Below are positions 14,501 through 31,533 of a stretch of DNA of 64,000 nucleotides, in pieces. The notes beneath the pieces are model-generated. The model had not been told where the DNA came from. It saw only the letters and a program-made list of their open reading frames with translations, and did no database searches. The position numbers and the translations under genes were made by a program. Numbering within the stretch: position 1 is the first letter of the stretch; every line of letters starts with the position of its first letter. Source of the stretch: the human T2T-CHM13v2.0 reference genome, Homo sapiens; assembly GCF_009914755.1 (NCBI RefSeq), contig NC_060926.1. One strand, 5' to 3'.

Positions 14501-17309
14501 TTGAGTTCTCGACCTTTAACCTAACTTAAATGTCATGAGCATAACAGCATTGCAGACTGTCAGGCTAATCACAATATACTGTAGATATCTTTGCCTAGCA
14601 ACTCTTGGTTGTCTGAGTTGCTCTCGGAGCAACCAAACTAAAATATTTTAAGATTTTTCTAAGACTTTAAGATTATTTAAGATTAGAGGCTGGCACAGTT
14701 TTTTTTTTTCAAGATTAATCTAGTTCTTGATCAGAGAATTGGTCTACATAAGCCATTCTATCTTCACTAGAAATAGAGATTCAAATACTATCTATTATCT
14801 GTGTTATTAAAGAAAGTTCGTGGCATGTCAGGGGATGGATTTGGAAATGACTTTTGGAAGACATTAAGGCCTGTGAAGGCCTTGCTCTATATTCTACCTT
14901 CTGTAACTACTAAATAAAGAGCACAACCTATAAAGTCCTTTCATTCTGACAGAAGTTAGAATGTTTTCCTCATGGCATAGGTAGCTTTGTGCAGATTTTC
15001 TTCCAATAGCAAATTAATCTATGTGCAAACAGTTGTGCTTTTTATTTCTTTTGTAAATTTTCAATCATTTTTAAAATGTGCAAATCAGGCATTGCTGCCC
15101 AATGTGTAAATTATTAATGTGTACCTAGGTTAAGGTACATAGAACTATTTCCTCTAAACTATAAACTGTGAATACATTTGACTTCAATATAAAAACAGTT
15201 CAGTTATGACACTATCATGTTTATAAGCACTGACTTTTGTTTTAAAACCATCCATCATCAATTGAGTAAGAGTGAGCATGCCTTTTCCTGCTTTCCATTG
15301 CTGTGCTCCCCAGAGTAATCCAGGGGATTCTCACCATAAAAACTGAAATTATTCTGTAAATACTATCTGCAGGATAGATGGATTCTAGAATAATCATGTC
15401 CCGAGTTGTGGACACGATATTGTGAAATGTTCTAGTTGCTGGTGATTTCTTTTAAGGCAACTGGGGAAAAACTGTTTGCTTCTTGAGGAAAGTCACTATG
15501 TGTAGCTTGTTTGCTTGTTTCCTCAGAATCTCACACTGTGCCTACCATGTGGTAAGTATGCACTCAATAGTTGTTTAACGAATGTACAAAAAGCAGAATT
15601 TCTAGATAATGCTTAAAATGTAGACTAATAGTTATTAAAGTTTTGGCCAAATGTGAGTAAAAATAATATGTAAATCAGAGTCCATTGTTTCTTATTAAAT
15701 TACCAAAAAGACATGAGGCAAAAGTAAGAATCTCATATCCTCAAATAATACAGGATTTCTAGAACTTTGTTATTTCTTTTGCTGAAATGAGCTGTATTTG
15801 TTGATATAAGATGTCTACTTTTAGAAATTAGGATGAGTTTGTTTAGTATTTCTAATGTTTTATATTTCATAGAAATTCATGATGGAACCAGTAAAACTAT
15901 TGAGAACTTTCTGTAATACTTTTACTTTTTGAGAAAGCATTTGAAATAATAGAATTATGAAGCTTGAAATTACCTAAAGTAGACATTCTGTGCATTTTTC
16001 CTGCACTGCGTAGGACAATACCATAAATACTTAATATAGAAGTATCAATTTTAATTTTTAATGTTTCTGAAAAGGGGAGATCCATTATTATATAAAATTA
16101 ATGCAATCCAGGGCATTATAATCCTTATAAAGCAAAAAATTTTTGCTTAGGTTTCAACCCAAAAATCTTTCTGCTGGCATTAAGATATTAATATTTTTGA
16201 TAGTAAGAACTATTATAGTATTTTATATGTTTTGAAAGTCAAAACAATCTGATAATAGAAAAATCAAACAACACATATTTTACAGGATATTAAAAGCACC
16301 CAGATCAGATTTCTAGACGTAATCGCTATCAATGTGATGATGAGCATCTTCATTGCTAATTATACTCACCCACTCATTTTTTGTTATTTAAATTATTAAG
16401 CTAAACTATGAGGAGCCTTTTCCTTAGCAACATGGTTAATTTTACTCAATTGTCAGTCATTGTAAAACATGGTTCTGGCATTCAGATAGTTTCAAAGTGA
16501 TTATAGCCATTTTTATTTGTCAACAAGCATTTCAGATGTGTTTGTAAGTAAGTGTAAATCTCTAGAAAAATATCTATTATGATTTATTTTTGTCACTAGC
16601 CATTTTATAAGAATATATGTAAGCTGCACTTAATTGGGGATGTGAATTAATATTGATTGAGCCTTCAAGTAAAAAGCTGATGAGGTGTTATTCCTTAAAA
16701 TAATCAAAAGTATCTTTGTGAATATTATATTATTATGTATGTGTAAAGGCTATTCTCTCACCTACCCAAATTATCAGTTTATTAACCTAGGCCGCATAAG
16801 CAACAAGACCATTCACAAGTATACCCAGAAATAAAGATGAGTTAGTCAATATGACACTCATCATGGCATCTCAACTTTGATTGCATACTTTTATCACATG
16901 GGGACATTTAAAATACCTATCTTTCTCTCCTGATACTGTGATTAATTTTTTGAAGTATTTATTTAAATTGACACATTGTACATATTTATGGGGTATAATT
17001 TAATATTTGGATACATATCTATGTTGTATAATGATCCAATCAGTGGAGTGAATATATCTATCACCTCATGAATTTATCATCGCTTCATGGTGAGAACCTT
17101 CGAAAACTTCTCTTCTAGCCACTTTGTAATATAAAATATTTTACCCTTAACCAATGTCACCTTGCTGTATAATAGAATACCAGAATTTATTCATCCTATT
17201 TAATCGTCACTTGGTGCCCATTGACCAACCTCTCCCCATTCTCTTCTCCCCCTTCCCCTTCCCAGTCTTTAATAAGTGTTATTCTACTCTGTGCTTCTAT
17301 AATATTGAC

Positions 17310-17598
17310 TTTTTTAAAAATTGACACAGTTTTGCTCTGTTGCTCAGGCTAGAGTGCAGTGGCACCATCTCACTGCAACCTCAGCCTCATGGGTTCAAGT
17401 GATTCTCATGCCTCAGCCACCTGAGTGGCTGGGATTACAGGTGCGCAACACCACACCCAGCTAATTTTTTGTATTTTTAGTAGAGATGGAGTTTCGCCAT
17501 ATTGGCCAGGCAGGTTTCAAACTCCTGGTCTAAAATGATCTGCCTACCTCAGCCTCCCAAAATACCGGGATTATAGGTGTGAGCCACCATGACTGGCC
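17310..17598 (-). mobile_element. AluS (Sx/Sz-like)
   Basis: Diverged full-length antisense Alu inside L1MA. Confidence 0.9.
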
Positions 17599-18355
17599 AG
17601 TACTGAACTTTGTAAAAAAAATTCCAAATATATGTGAGATCATGCAATATTTGTCTTTCTGGCTCTGGCTTATTTCATTTAACATGATATCCTCCGGGCT
17701 CATCCATGTTGTTGCAAATGACAGAATTTCATTCTTTTTTTGTAACTGCATAGTATTCCATTGTATATACATACCATGTATTCTTTATCCATTTATTTGT
17801 TGTTGGACACTTTTAGGTTGATTTCATTTTTGGCTATTGTAAATAGTGCTGTAATAAACATGAAAGTGCATATATTTCTTTGACGTGCTGATTTCATTTC
17901 ATCTGGACATATACCCTACAGTTAGGTTGCTGGATTATATAATAGCATCATTTTTAGTTTTTTGAGAAATTTCCATACTTTTTTTCTACCATTGCTTTAC
18001 TAGTTTACAATCCCCAAAACAATGTATAAGTGTTTCCTTTTCTTTACATCCGTTCCAACACTTCTTTTCTTTTGTCTTTTTGATAATAACCATTCTAACA
18101 GGAATCAGGTGTTATTGTGGTTTTGGTTTGCACTTCCCTGTTGATTAGTTACATTGAGCATTTTAAAATATACCTATTGGCCATTTCTATATGTCCTTTT
18201 GAGAAATGTCTATTCAGGTGTTTTGCCCATTTTTAAATTGGGTTTATATCTTTTTTTTGTTTGTTTTGTTGAGGTGTTTAACTCATTTATATATTGTGGA
18301 TATCAAGCCCTTGGCAGATGTATAATTTGCAGCTGTTTTCTCCTATTCTGTAGAC

Positions 18356-18880
<525 letters not shown>

Positions 18881-20677
18881 CTGTAGACTTTCTTTTCACT
18901 TATCTAATTGTTTCCTTTGCTGTGCAAAAAGCTTTTAGTTTGATGCAATTTCATTTATTTATTTGCTTTCTTCTCTGTGCTTTTGAGGTCTTATTTTAAA
19001 AATTCTTGCCCAGCCCAATGTGAAGAATTTTTCCTATGTTTTCTTCTAGTAGTTTAATAGTTATGGGTTTTACACTTAAGTCTTGTCTTTAATCCATTTT
19101 GAGTCAATTTTTCTATATGATGAGAAGTATGGGCTTAGTTTTATTCTTCTGCATGTGGATATCTGGTTCTCCCAGCACCCTTTAAGAGACTTTCTTTCCC
19201 CCAACATGTGTTCTTGACACCTTTGTTGAAGAAAATCAGTTGACTGTACTTGTTTGAATTTATTTCTGGACACTCTATTCGGTTTTATTAGTCTATGTAT
19301 GTGTTTCTGTTCCAGTACCATGTTGTTTTGGTTACTACAGCTTTGTAGCATATTTTTGAGTCAGGTAATATGATGCCTCTAGCTTTGTTCTTTGTGCTCA
19401 GGATTCAGTTGGCTGTTCTTAGTATTTTGTGGTTCCATATGAATGTTAGAATTGTTTTTTCTATTTCTGTGAAGAATGTCATTGATATTTTGATAGAGAT
19501 TGCATTAGGTCCGTAGATCACTTTGGGTAAGATGGCCATTTTAACAATGTTAATTCTTCCAGTCCATGAACATGAGACATTTTTCCATTTATTTGTGATC
19601 TCCTCCGTTTCTTTCATCAAAGTTTTAGAGTGTTTAGTGTAGAGGTAAATCTTTCACTTTCTTGATTAAGTTTATTCCTAAGTATCTTATTTTTTATAGC
19701 TTTTTAATTTATTGTTCAGGTAGTTCACTGTTGGCATGTAAAAATGCTACTGATTTTCAGATGTTGATTTTGTATCCTGCAAGTGTAATAAATTTGTTTA
19801 TTAGTTATAACAATTTTATGGTGGAGTCTATAGGATTTTCTATATATGATTATGTCATCTGCAAACAGGGACAATTTGACTCCCTCCTTTCCAATTTGGA
19901 TGTCTTTTATTTCTGTCTCTAGTCTAATTGTTGTGGCTAGGACTTCGATTCCATGTTAAGTATAAGTGGTTAAAGTGAGTATCATTTTCTTTTCCTTGAT
20001 CTTAGAGAAACAGCTTTCAGCTTTTATCCATTCAGTCGGATGTTAGCAGTGTGTTTGTCAGATATGGCTTTTATTGTGCTGAGTTACATATCCTCTCTAT
20101 CTAATTTATTGAGAATTTTTATTATGACAAGGTGTTGAATTTTACCACATTCTTTTTCTATATCTATTGAAAGGATCATATGTTTTTCTTTCTTTCTGTT
20201 AATGTTGTATATTACACTTATTGATTTGCATGCGTTAAACCATCCTTGATCTCACTTGATAATAGTGAATGATCTTTTTAATGTGTTAGTGCATTCAGTT
20301 TGCTAGTATGTTGTTGAGAATTTTTGTATCTATGTTTATCAGAGATATTGGCATGTAGTTCTCTTTTTTTGTTTTATCTTTCTCCGGTTTTGTCATCAGG
20401 TTAATGATGACCTCCTACAATGTCTATGCACCTACTCTTGCTCTTTTTCCTTTGTACGTTTTTAAGATATTGTCACCAACATGTTGCTTTGTCATAAGTC
20501 CCTTTAACCAAACACTCTTTCCTTTAACTTCTGTCCAAAGGTTAACTTTGAGTGTATGTTTCAGCTTTCTCACCGTTTTTTAGTCTGCAAATCTATGCCA
20601 TGTTTAAACAATTCTCAAAAGAGCCCTGCCATAGGGAGGTTTTAAGCAAGCTGTTTTCATCTAATAAAGACAATTGT

Positions 20678-20954
20678 GGCTGGCTGAGGTGGCTCATGTC
20701 TGTAATCCCAGCAGTTTGGGAGGCCAAGGTAAGCAGATCACTTGAGCCCAGGAGTTCAAGACCAGCCTAGGCAACATGGTAAAACCCTGTCTCTACTAAA
20801 AATGCAATTATTAGCTGGCTATGGTGGTACAAGCTTGTAGTCCCACCTACTTGGGAGGCTGAGGGGGAAGATCGCTTGAGCCTGGAAGGCAAAGGTTGCA
20901 GTGATCTGAGATTATACCACTCCACTCCAGCCTGAGTGACAAAGCGAGATCTTG

Positions 20955-20987
<33 letters not shown>
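20678..20987 (+). mobile_element. AluJ
   Basis: Diverged dimer with TTGAGCCCAGGAGTTCAAG; long A tail. Confidence 0.9.
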
Positions 20988-20989
<2 letters not shown>

Positions 20990-21575
20990 TGAAATACACA
21001 GTATGACAAAATCTGCTTCTATGAGTATATGTCACAAAAATTACTTAGTAGGCAATCAAGTACTTGGCTTTAGTTTCTTCTTGGTTATACTTGGTTATAG
21101 GACTTCAAAAGCATTTTCTTTAGAAAAATTCTCCCATTCAACATATAAAAATAACAATAAAATAGAATCTTTGAAGACATTATTAGTTGTTGATGAGAAC
21201 TATTATTTTATGAAGTCAATATTTTACTTAACATTAAAACCTGGATACAGTTTATTATGATTTTTTTTCTTTCTACACACTTCCTCACCTTCTTTATTTC
21301 TTGTTACATTCATTAGTTAAATTGAAAAAAATAATGATTAACCAAACTAAGCATCAAGTATACTTGAGGGCACTCCCACTTCAATCTCAGGCTAGGGAAA
21401 CATAAGTTCAGTTGGCTGCTTCACATAACAAATTTAATTAAATATTTGGAGCATGGTTTAAGTAGAAACATATTTATCCAGGAGATGCTATTGAAGGGCC
21501 ACAACCTATTATGCTTAGATGTTAACCATGATTTTAAACAACTGTAGCCATTCTATACTGCACAGTTCATAGGTG

Positions 21576-22230
21576 CAGGGCTAGAACTAGGGTGAGGCTG
21601 GGGAGGCATATGCCTTTGGTGCAAAAGTTAAGGGGTTACTAAAAAACTCAAGAATTAAGATAATATTTTAATGTACTAGGAAAAAATAAAATGCGAAAAT
21701 ATCCATGACGAACAAAAAAGATAACATTTTCAATAAAAACAATGTAACATTTAATTTGTTTAAAGTCCAGTGTTGCTTATTAGTTAATTTACTTCAGACT
21801 TTAACATGACTTGGCAGAGCATTTTATCCTGCCATTACTTTATATTTCATTTTTTAAATCCTCATTCTTATTATTTACTTATTTATTATTTTAGTGACAG
21901 GTTCTCACTTTATCACACAGGCTGGAGTACAATGGCATAATCATGGCTCACTGTAGCTTCAACTTCCTGGGCTCAAACAATCCTCTTGCCCTGTCCTCTT
22001 GTGTAGCTAGAACTACAGATTCATGCCACTAGGTCCAGGTAATTTGTATTTTTCAAAAACTTTTTGTAGAGAGTGGGATCTCACTGTGTTGCCCAGGGTC
22101 AAGTGATATTCCCACCTGGGCCTCCCAAAGTGCTAGGATTACAGTTATGAGTCACTGTACCTGGCCGGCGCCTCCTAATTTTTGCACTCAAGGTAAGTGT
22201 CTTACCCATCTTCCACTAGTCCTGGCCCTG
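21576..22230. mobile_element. MER96B-like hAT-Tip100 MITE, interrupted by AluJ
   Basis: Inverted ends CAGGGCTAGAACTAGGGTGAGG ... CCACTAGTCCTGGCCCTG. Confidence 0.75.
21870..22166 (-). mobile_element. AluJ
   Basis: Highly diverged antisense Alu with partial left-monomer deletion. Confidence 0.85.
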
Positions 22231-23074
22231 CATTAAAGGCTTTCTTTGTCACTATAGCAAAAAGTAAGCATTTCAGGTTATACAGTGAAAGTTCAAACCA
22301 GATACTCTTTTTTTCACCTCTCTGTTAAGAAGAGGATTTGACAATGTGTAGTAGATCATCAACTCTAAAACTGGAAATTATTACTTATGGATAACCATAA
22401 TCCTTTCCACCACCCCCACACGACCACCCACACCCACCACATTCTTATTTAATATCTGTAAGAGAGGATCTCAGAGTCTGTATTTTATAATAAATGCAAA
22501 ATTGTTCTGTTGCAGGTTGTTCTGGAATCATAGTTGAAGAAACAGTTGGCTAGACTCTAACAGCTGTTCACAATTTCTCGTATCTCTCCTGATGGAGGAC
22601 AGTGTTTTTAAAGGTAACTATTTGATAAAATATAATAAAATGGCCAGAGATTGTGCATCTTTGCATTCAAAACTATTCCAAAAGTAAACAATAAAAAAGC
22701 TTTGGCATTTTTAATGACTCTTTAGCTTTTCATGGGACTTTCACAGCTATGTGGCTTTAAATTGCAGTTTGGAAATTGAATATGATAATAATTGGTGAAT
22801 ACTCCACTTAATTTATCTGTATTTTATTTCTAGTTACCTTGTGGGAAATTAACTATTTCACCTTTTTAGCCATTTTTAAAAAGTATTACTTGAATTAAGA
22901 ATATATTGCTTGAAATTATATAATGTAGGTGTATATGCTCCTAAATATAGCTACAAATTATTATAATGAGAGTGCTAATATTTTCTTAAAATTTCATAAT
23001 GGATAAATGTAGGTTTTTAAATTTCTACCTCTTTTCATATTGTGTCAGCTTCTCAGTGTTTATGATAATCATCC

Positions 23075-23240
23075 TACAGGAACTATATACATTGAAATCA
23101 CCTGGGGTGTTCACAGAACTACAGATTACTGAGCCTATTCCAATACCTATTGGTTTGGAATTTTCTAAAGGTAGAGCCCAAGAATTTGTGGTTTTAACCA
23201 GTATCCCTATGAAATTCTGCTAAACCTTGAGTACCGTTGG
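23075..23240. mobile_element. MER5-like DNA transposon fragment
   Basis: GAAATCACCTGGGG...CAGATTACTGAGCC...GAGCCCAAGAATTTGTGGTTTTAAC pattern. Confidence 0.5.
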
Positions 23241-23964
23241 GGGTTAATCCTTCTGTTTGTGTTTGGTGTATATATATAGTCCATATGTTTTCAGTTTAAT
23301 AATTTGGTGGGACCATTCAGTCTCCCAAGGATCTCTGTCCATTTCACACTTGACCTCCAAGTGCAGAGGAATATATAACCGCTCTTCTCTATTTCATAAA
23401 TAGCAAAATAATAGAATAAGCATGATTAATAACAAGTCATTACTGTGTAAAAATTGTAATTTGAGTTTTCCTCTGATGCTTTTTCTGAATTTGTGGCTTA
23501 TATTGTACTTTACAGCCATAGTACACCATATCAGCATGAGAGCTGTCACATAGAGCCAGAACAATAATCTGTCTGTCTCAGTATGACAGCACTCTTTTCC
23601 TGGGAACGAACCTAACAGAAGATACAGGAAGGACATGCTCTTAATTCTTAGAATATTAGCATCAGTTACTTGCTGTTAGATTTTCTTCCTAAATCTAACA
23701 GGATTTAAATTTTGCCAGTCTTCTCCAATACAAGTTTTATAGGCACACTGTCATCCATCATGTATTTATTTATATGCTCTGTGTCATCTCTCGTTACCTC
23801 CCTATCTCTCTCTCTCTCTATGTATTCATCTGTCCATCTCCTTAATGATTTTCCTAAACTTTGACCATGCTTGCAATCTCTGTCTCTTCCAAATGGATGA
23901 TTTCTGTTTTACTAATCTACTTCACATATAATTCAACACATTTAACATGCTAATGCCCAAACCT

Positions 23965-24095
23965 CACATGTGTAATTATCAAATCAGGGTTATTAGGGTG
24001 TCCATTATCTCAAACATTTACCATTTTTTAATGTTGGAGATGTTCAAAATCTTCTCTTTTAACTTTTTGAATTGTATAAAATACTTTTTAATAGA
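23965..24095 (-). mobile_element. L1MA 3' end fragment
   Basis: ATCAAATCAGGGTTATTAGGGTGTCCATTATCTCAAACATTTA. Confidence 0.65.
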
Positions 24096-24839
24096 AACCT
24101 TTGCACATTTTTATTTGCAGCCACATTATCTTTGCATTATTAAAACTCTTATCAGATTACTCCCTTGAAGAGGCTTAACAACATAAAAGCAATAAGAGGA
24201 TAGCTCTGGCCTACAAGAGCCTTGTGGCCCAAAATAATGATGTTAATTAATGCCAGTCCTTTGTGAATACTGAGGAAATGTAAATGACAGCAAAAAGTAG
24301 TCACCATTTCCCCACTTCAGTCCTTAATTTACATACTGGTAGCAACCCCTTGACTATCTCACATCAGTAAGAGTTTCTTATTAAGAAAAATATATAGTTG
24401 TTCTTGAGGACACACTATCATAAGTCATTTATAAACAAGATATTTGATCATCAAACATGTAGATAATACAGTTAGCCTAACTTAAGAATATGGCCACATG
24501 GGTGATCTTGTGAAACAATTATTCATTCTTCTATCTATTTCAGGAATTTTAGTTACTGCTTAGGCATGAGACATGAACTTCTGAATCTTAGGAACTAGCA
24601 CAAATTCTATTTTGTCATTAATTTCTGAATTTCATGGATATTTGGTGGCACTCTGAATAGGAGTGAGAGGGGAGCTCAGTGACTCAGAAATGTACACTAG
24701 CAACTGTCACTCTGAATTCTAGCCAGGCAGCTTAAATAATAACTTGGACTATCTACCCCCAAAATAAGACTTGTTATTTGTGTTTCAACTGCACTTTCAA
24801 AATATGTTTTCAAAATATGTTGAACCTGACTTTTCTACC

Positions 24840-27690
24840 TTTTAAAGACAAAAACTAGAATAGAAAACCTCCATGTTCCATCACCCAACTTTAAGGATTA
24901 CTAATTCATATGCCATGTATCTTATTTGTTCTGAGCAGTTTCTGTGTTTGTAGTTTCCCAAACTCTGGGTTTGGCAAATTGCATCCCAAGGGGGAATATA
25001 ACATGTTTCTCTCTTCCCTCCATCTCATATAAATTGGATATGAGATCTTGATTAGATTGAATTTAGGAGGTTTTGAGAATATTACGTTATAGGTAGCATT
25101 GTTCATTTTACTACAGAGACATATAATATCCACTTATCTTTCTTTTGGTAATGTTAGCAATTAATGATCATTGCCTATTACTGGACTAGAGTTTGTAAAA
25201 TAGTGATGTTCTAATGCTTTTAATTCTTCTTAATGTATTAATTGAAATATTTGTATAAAGGGAAAGTTTTGCTTATCAAGTATTTGCTTCCCTTGAGTTA
25301 CAGCTCATAGAGGGAAGGCTGGGCAAATGCCTTGACTGTTTTTCTTTATTTTCCTTTAGGTAAATAAAATAAAGAGTTGGTTTGTTTTCATCATCCAAAT
25401 ATCATCAGTGTTTTATTTTTTCTCGTTTGAATTTTGTGTTCAATATCTCTCTGAATCATGTATTTAAATATTTTAATTGACTTTGACTCATTGTTTTTGT
25501 TATGCTTATAGATGCTCAAATTTTCTCATCTTTGGTTATTTAGGTTATTTTTAGGTTGGTTCTCAATTGTTTCCTAACCACTCTGGTGTTATTTTGTTGG
25601 TGTTCTTATTCCACAAGTTTTTCACTGTTGCGCTTATGTTTTATTAGACAGTGATATGATGAACTAATATATCGTTCTAGGTGGTGAATCGTGATATTCT
25701 AATTCTGGAACATTCTAGAATGGTGACTTTTTAATTCTATCCTTCTTTCTTCATTTATTAAATACATTCCCCATCAACTCCTTGGATATCTTGATATATA
25801 GTTTTTTATTGGAGAGACAAGATAAATATTTTTTATATCTTGTTATTTGTTGATTTTTCAGAATATTAACTGGTTTTCTGGAAAAAGTTCCATAGATGAC
25901 TATGCGAGATTGCATCATTGCCTGTAATTCTTCATCCTACCTGTGTCTCTACCCTTTGCAATGTTAATTTTTAGTTCATTTTAGTAGAAGGAAAGCGTTC
26001 TTCCCTTTCTTGACTTTGGGCTCAGTCTTGAGACTTACTTTGGCTAACAGGATGTTAGAGGCCATGGAATAATAAGGGGCTTGAAATTTGCTTGTGTGGT
26101 TGAGCTTTGTACTTGTACATGCACTCCTGTACTTCTGTCTTTATCATGAAGAGGAGCATGTCTCATCATTATGCTGCTTGACAAAGGAGGATAACAAAAA
26201 TGTGGTCTGGATATCATTTGCTGACTAGAGTTAAGCACAGGGAAGCCCAAGCTAGAGTTTCCTTACCTCTAGAAAACCCACAGACACTTGAGCAAAAATT
26301 AATGATTTTTGCTTAAGCCAGTGTGTTTTGAAGTGGTTCATTTTAATGGATTATTTGTGATGGGTGATGGATACAGTGATCACTGGGGGTTTTGTATTAT
26401 TATGAACTGATGGATCTTAAGAGGTTTGCTATATTTGAATCCATTTGTTTCATTATTAAAATATTATTCAGTGTCTTGCTTTCATGCAGTAGGAATCTCT
26501 TCAAATGGCCTCCTAAGTTCTTTTGTTCTAACTGTAAAAGTCTTTGATAATTTTATTGCTTTCTGGTGTAACCAGATCTTCCAGGCTCATTTGTACGTTC
26601 CTTGTCCCAGGCCTGGAGTCAGCTATTTCTCACAGAAGCCCTGTTTCCTTTTAGTTGGAAGTGTTACTAAAAGCTTACAATCTAGTTCTAGGGACTAGGG
26701 ACAGGGGCTAATGACACTATGTTGATCAGAATCTATGTGGATTTATTGAACAGACTGGCATTTTTTTAAACAGAAAATATGCCACCTTGAGTTTACACTG
26801 ATATTTCTAATTAAAATATTAAAAATTATTATTAGAAGTTTTTAATTATACCTTATATATTATGGCTTTAGAACAATACTTCTATTACTACTAACATATG
26901 GTTGCTAAAAATACTTTGAGATTTATTTTTTAGAGTTTATTGTTTTATGCAAAACACTGAGAATATAAAGTTATATGACTACCTTTAGTGGTCATTTATA
27001 ATAATTTTTCATTATCATGTTACATTGCTAGATTCATTATTTTCTCATTTTGCCATTGTTTCTTAGAAGCTGCTTTTACATTTTGTTTCTTCTTATAATT
27101 ATGTGAAATATTTATACAGTTCTAAATAAAATGCATACAAGAAGGTATTTTCTGTAAAGTCTGGTTTCTATCCCTGATTCCTCCAACCTCTTCCTCCAGC
27201 TAATGTAATTTTTATTATTTTATTTTTTATATTTTGGATTATTCTTCATTTCCAAAAGTATATCCCTGCATATCTTCATGAAATATAATTTTTATTGATA
27301 TGTTCACTTTTTTTAAATAAAGACACATACACCCTTTTCTCCATGATAGTTTTGTTTTTCACTTAACAATACGTTTTGGAGACCATTAATGATATGTAAA
27401 TGTATTTCCCATTTCTTTAACAGCTGCATAGTATTCTATATGCAGATAAACCATAGTTTATTCAACAAGCCTTTAATTGATGATATTTGGGTTACTTCCA
27501 GTCTTACTGTTACAATAGTGCTGGAATAAATGGTCCTCTGCAGAGATTTTTTTGTACTTTTGCCAATTCATCTTTAGGATGTAATCATAGAAGTTGTTTT
27601 GCAGGTCCAAGGCAAATGCATGGATAATTTTGCTAAATATTGCTTTATTCCTTGTGTTAAGATTGTACTGGTTTTACATCGCTACCTGAT
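24840..27690 (-). mobile_element. Old L1MC/L1ME fragments
   Basis: TCCAGGCTCATTTGTACGTTCCTTGTCCCAGGCCTGGAGTCAGCTATTTCTC (L1MC-type) and other antisense L1 3' motifs. Confidence 0.6.
25903..26375 (+). mobile_element. MaLR LTR (MLT1G/H-like)
   Basis: TGACTTTGGGCTCAGTC..GACTTACTTTGGCTAACAGGATG; 3' TTAAGCCA..TTTTG..GTGGTT...ATACA. Confidence 0.65.
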
Positions 27691-28009
27691 ATACTCACTG
27701 TTGAATCACAGTAGTAGAGTCGGGAGCTGAGAATGACACATTTGAATAAGAGAAAAGTTCGTGAAAATAAATGTAGTAATGCTTATGTGGCATCTGTTTA
27801 ACATTATCAAGATTTAAATTTTGAAAACTGAGGCTGTTATACATTTTATAGTAAACATAGTATCTGATTTAAATTCACAAAGCCATGACACATTCCTTTC
27901 AATGGACTTGTCTAAAAAATGTGTTATGTTTTTTCCAGTGGCATTGCTATATTCTCTAGCAAAGAGTCAGTGACATTCTCAAGCTTCTTGAGTTACAAAA
28001 AAGCTTCTG

Positions 28010-29470
<1,461 letters not shown>

Positions 29471-31531
29471 CGTTTTAATGAAAATGTTCTTTTTTAATTT
29501 TGGAGTCCACACTGAAAACATAATTTTTGTGTCATTGAAAGATCAGAATAAAATAAAGGTTACTTGAGGGCAGTATCTACAATTTATTGATAGTAGATAA
29601 TCAACTAGTGTTGAATGAAAAAATCAATGAATGCGTAAATAAATGGTTTGATTACATTTAACACTATGTAGTTGGAATTTTAAAAGGAGATACTGGAAAA
29701 TATATTCTATGCAAACAGTGTACAAAATAAAAACTGGGTTACTTAAACTAACATCAGATAAATAGACTTGAAGTGAAAAACTCTTACAGAGAAAGACAGT
29801 AAATATTGATAAAATAATAAATTTATCAGGAAGATATAACAATAATAAGCACACACATTCGGCAACAGAGCTCCCATAACATATGAAGTAAATATTGACA
29901 TATTTGAAGGAAGATATAATTCAACAATAATGGTTGGAGACTTCAGTTGCTCACTTTCAATAATGGATAGAAGATCTAGGTAAAAGATAACTAAGGAAAT
30001 AGAGGATTTGAACAACACCTTAATCCAACTATGCCTAAACAGACGCATGTAGACTACTTCACCCAAAACCACAGAATACACAGTTTTTTCAAGTGTATAT
30101 GAAATAGTCTGCATAATAAACTGTATGTTAAGCCACAAAATAAATCTGAATAAATTTTAAAAGGTTGTAATTATACAAAGTTTTTTCTCAAACAACAATA
30201 GAACAGAGCTAAAAATCAGTAACAAGAAAAATTTTAAAATACATGAATATGTGAAAATTAAACACACTTTTAAATGGTCAATGAGTCAGAATAAATCACA
30301 TGAAAAACTGGAAAATACTTAGGAATGAAAATAAGAGTACAGCATAACAAAACACATAGGATGCAGCAAAGTCAGTGCTCAGAGGAAAATTTATAGCAGT
30401 AAAACTTTATGTTAAAAAAGAAGATAACTCTTAAATCTATAACGTTACACTTTAAAGACCTAGAAAAAGAAAAGCAAACTAGGCTCGAAGCAGAAGAAAT
30501 GAAATAAAGATTCAAATAGAGGTAAATAAAATAGAGTAGTAAAAAATAATTGAATGAAACTAAAAGTTGTTTCTTTGAAGAAAAATCAACAAAATTGACA
30601 AATCTTTAGCTAGACTACAAAGAACAAAGACAGAAGATGCAAATAACTAAAATCAGAAATTAAAGTGAGACATTGCTATTGACCTTACAGAAGTAAGAAG
30701 GATTATTAGAAATGTTATGAACAATTATTTCAGTGAAACAGACCAATTCCCCGAAACACACAAATTACAAAAATTGACTCAAGAAGAAATAGAAAATCTG
30801 AACAAACCTATGCTGAGTAGAAACTAAATCAGTAATTAAAAAAAAAAAAAAAAAAAAACCCAACCAAAAACAAGGCCAGGACAAGATGGCTTCAATGGTG
30901 AATTTTTCCAAACATTTAAAGAAGAATTAACACCAATCCTTCTTAGTTCTTTAAAACAAAACAAAACAAATAATAAATAACAATAACAAACATAAAAGAG
31001 ATTACTTGCTAACTCACTTAATGAGATCAGTAGTATCCTGTTATCAAGCCAGATAAAAACATCATAAGAAAAGATTATTACAGACCAATATCTCTTATAA
31101 ATACAGACACAAAAGTATTCAATAAAATACTAGAAAACTGAATACATCAGCACAATAAAAAGATTAAACACCATGACCAAGTGAGATTTATCCAAGGAAT
31201 ACGAGAGTAGCTCAGCATAAGAGAATCAATGTTATATGCCACATTAATAGGACAAAAAAAGAAAAACCCATGATCATCCTAAGTGAGCATAAAAAAAGCA
31301 TTTGATTAAATCAACAACTTTTTAAATAAAAGTACCAGAAAAAGTAGGAATTAAAGACAACTTTCTCAACAAAAAAAAGGACATTTAGGAATAATCCACA
31401 GCTAACATCATACTCAATAATGAATGACCAAAAGCATTTCTCTTATGATAATGGACAAAAACAGGATGCCTGCCTTTAACACTGCTATTCAACATTGCTG
31501 GAAGTTCTGGCCAGAGAAATTAGACACAGTG

Positions 31532-31533
<2 letters not shown>

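Noticed and set aside
14645-14690. Short TTTAAGA-type repeats (similar AT-rich repeats at ~53615-53730) as CRISPR-like or structured arrays
   Set aside because: Low-complexity slippage repeats with no constant repeat-spacer structure, in a eukaryotic context.
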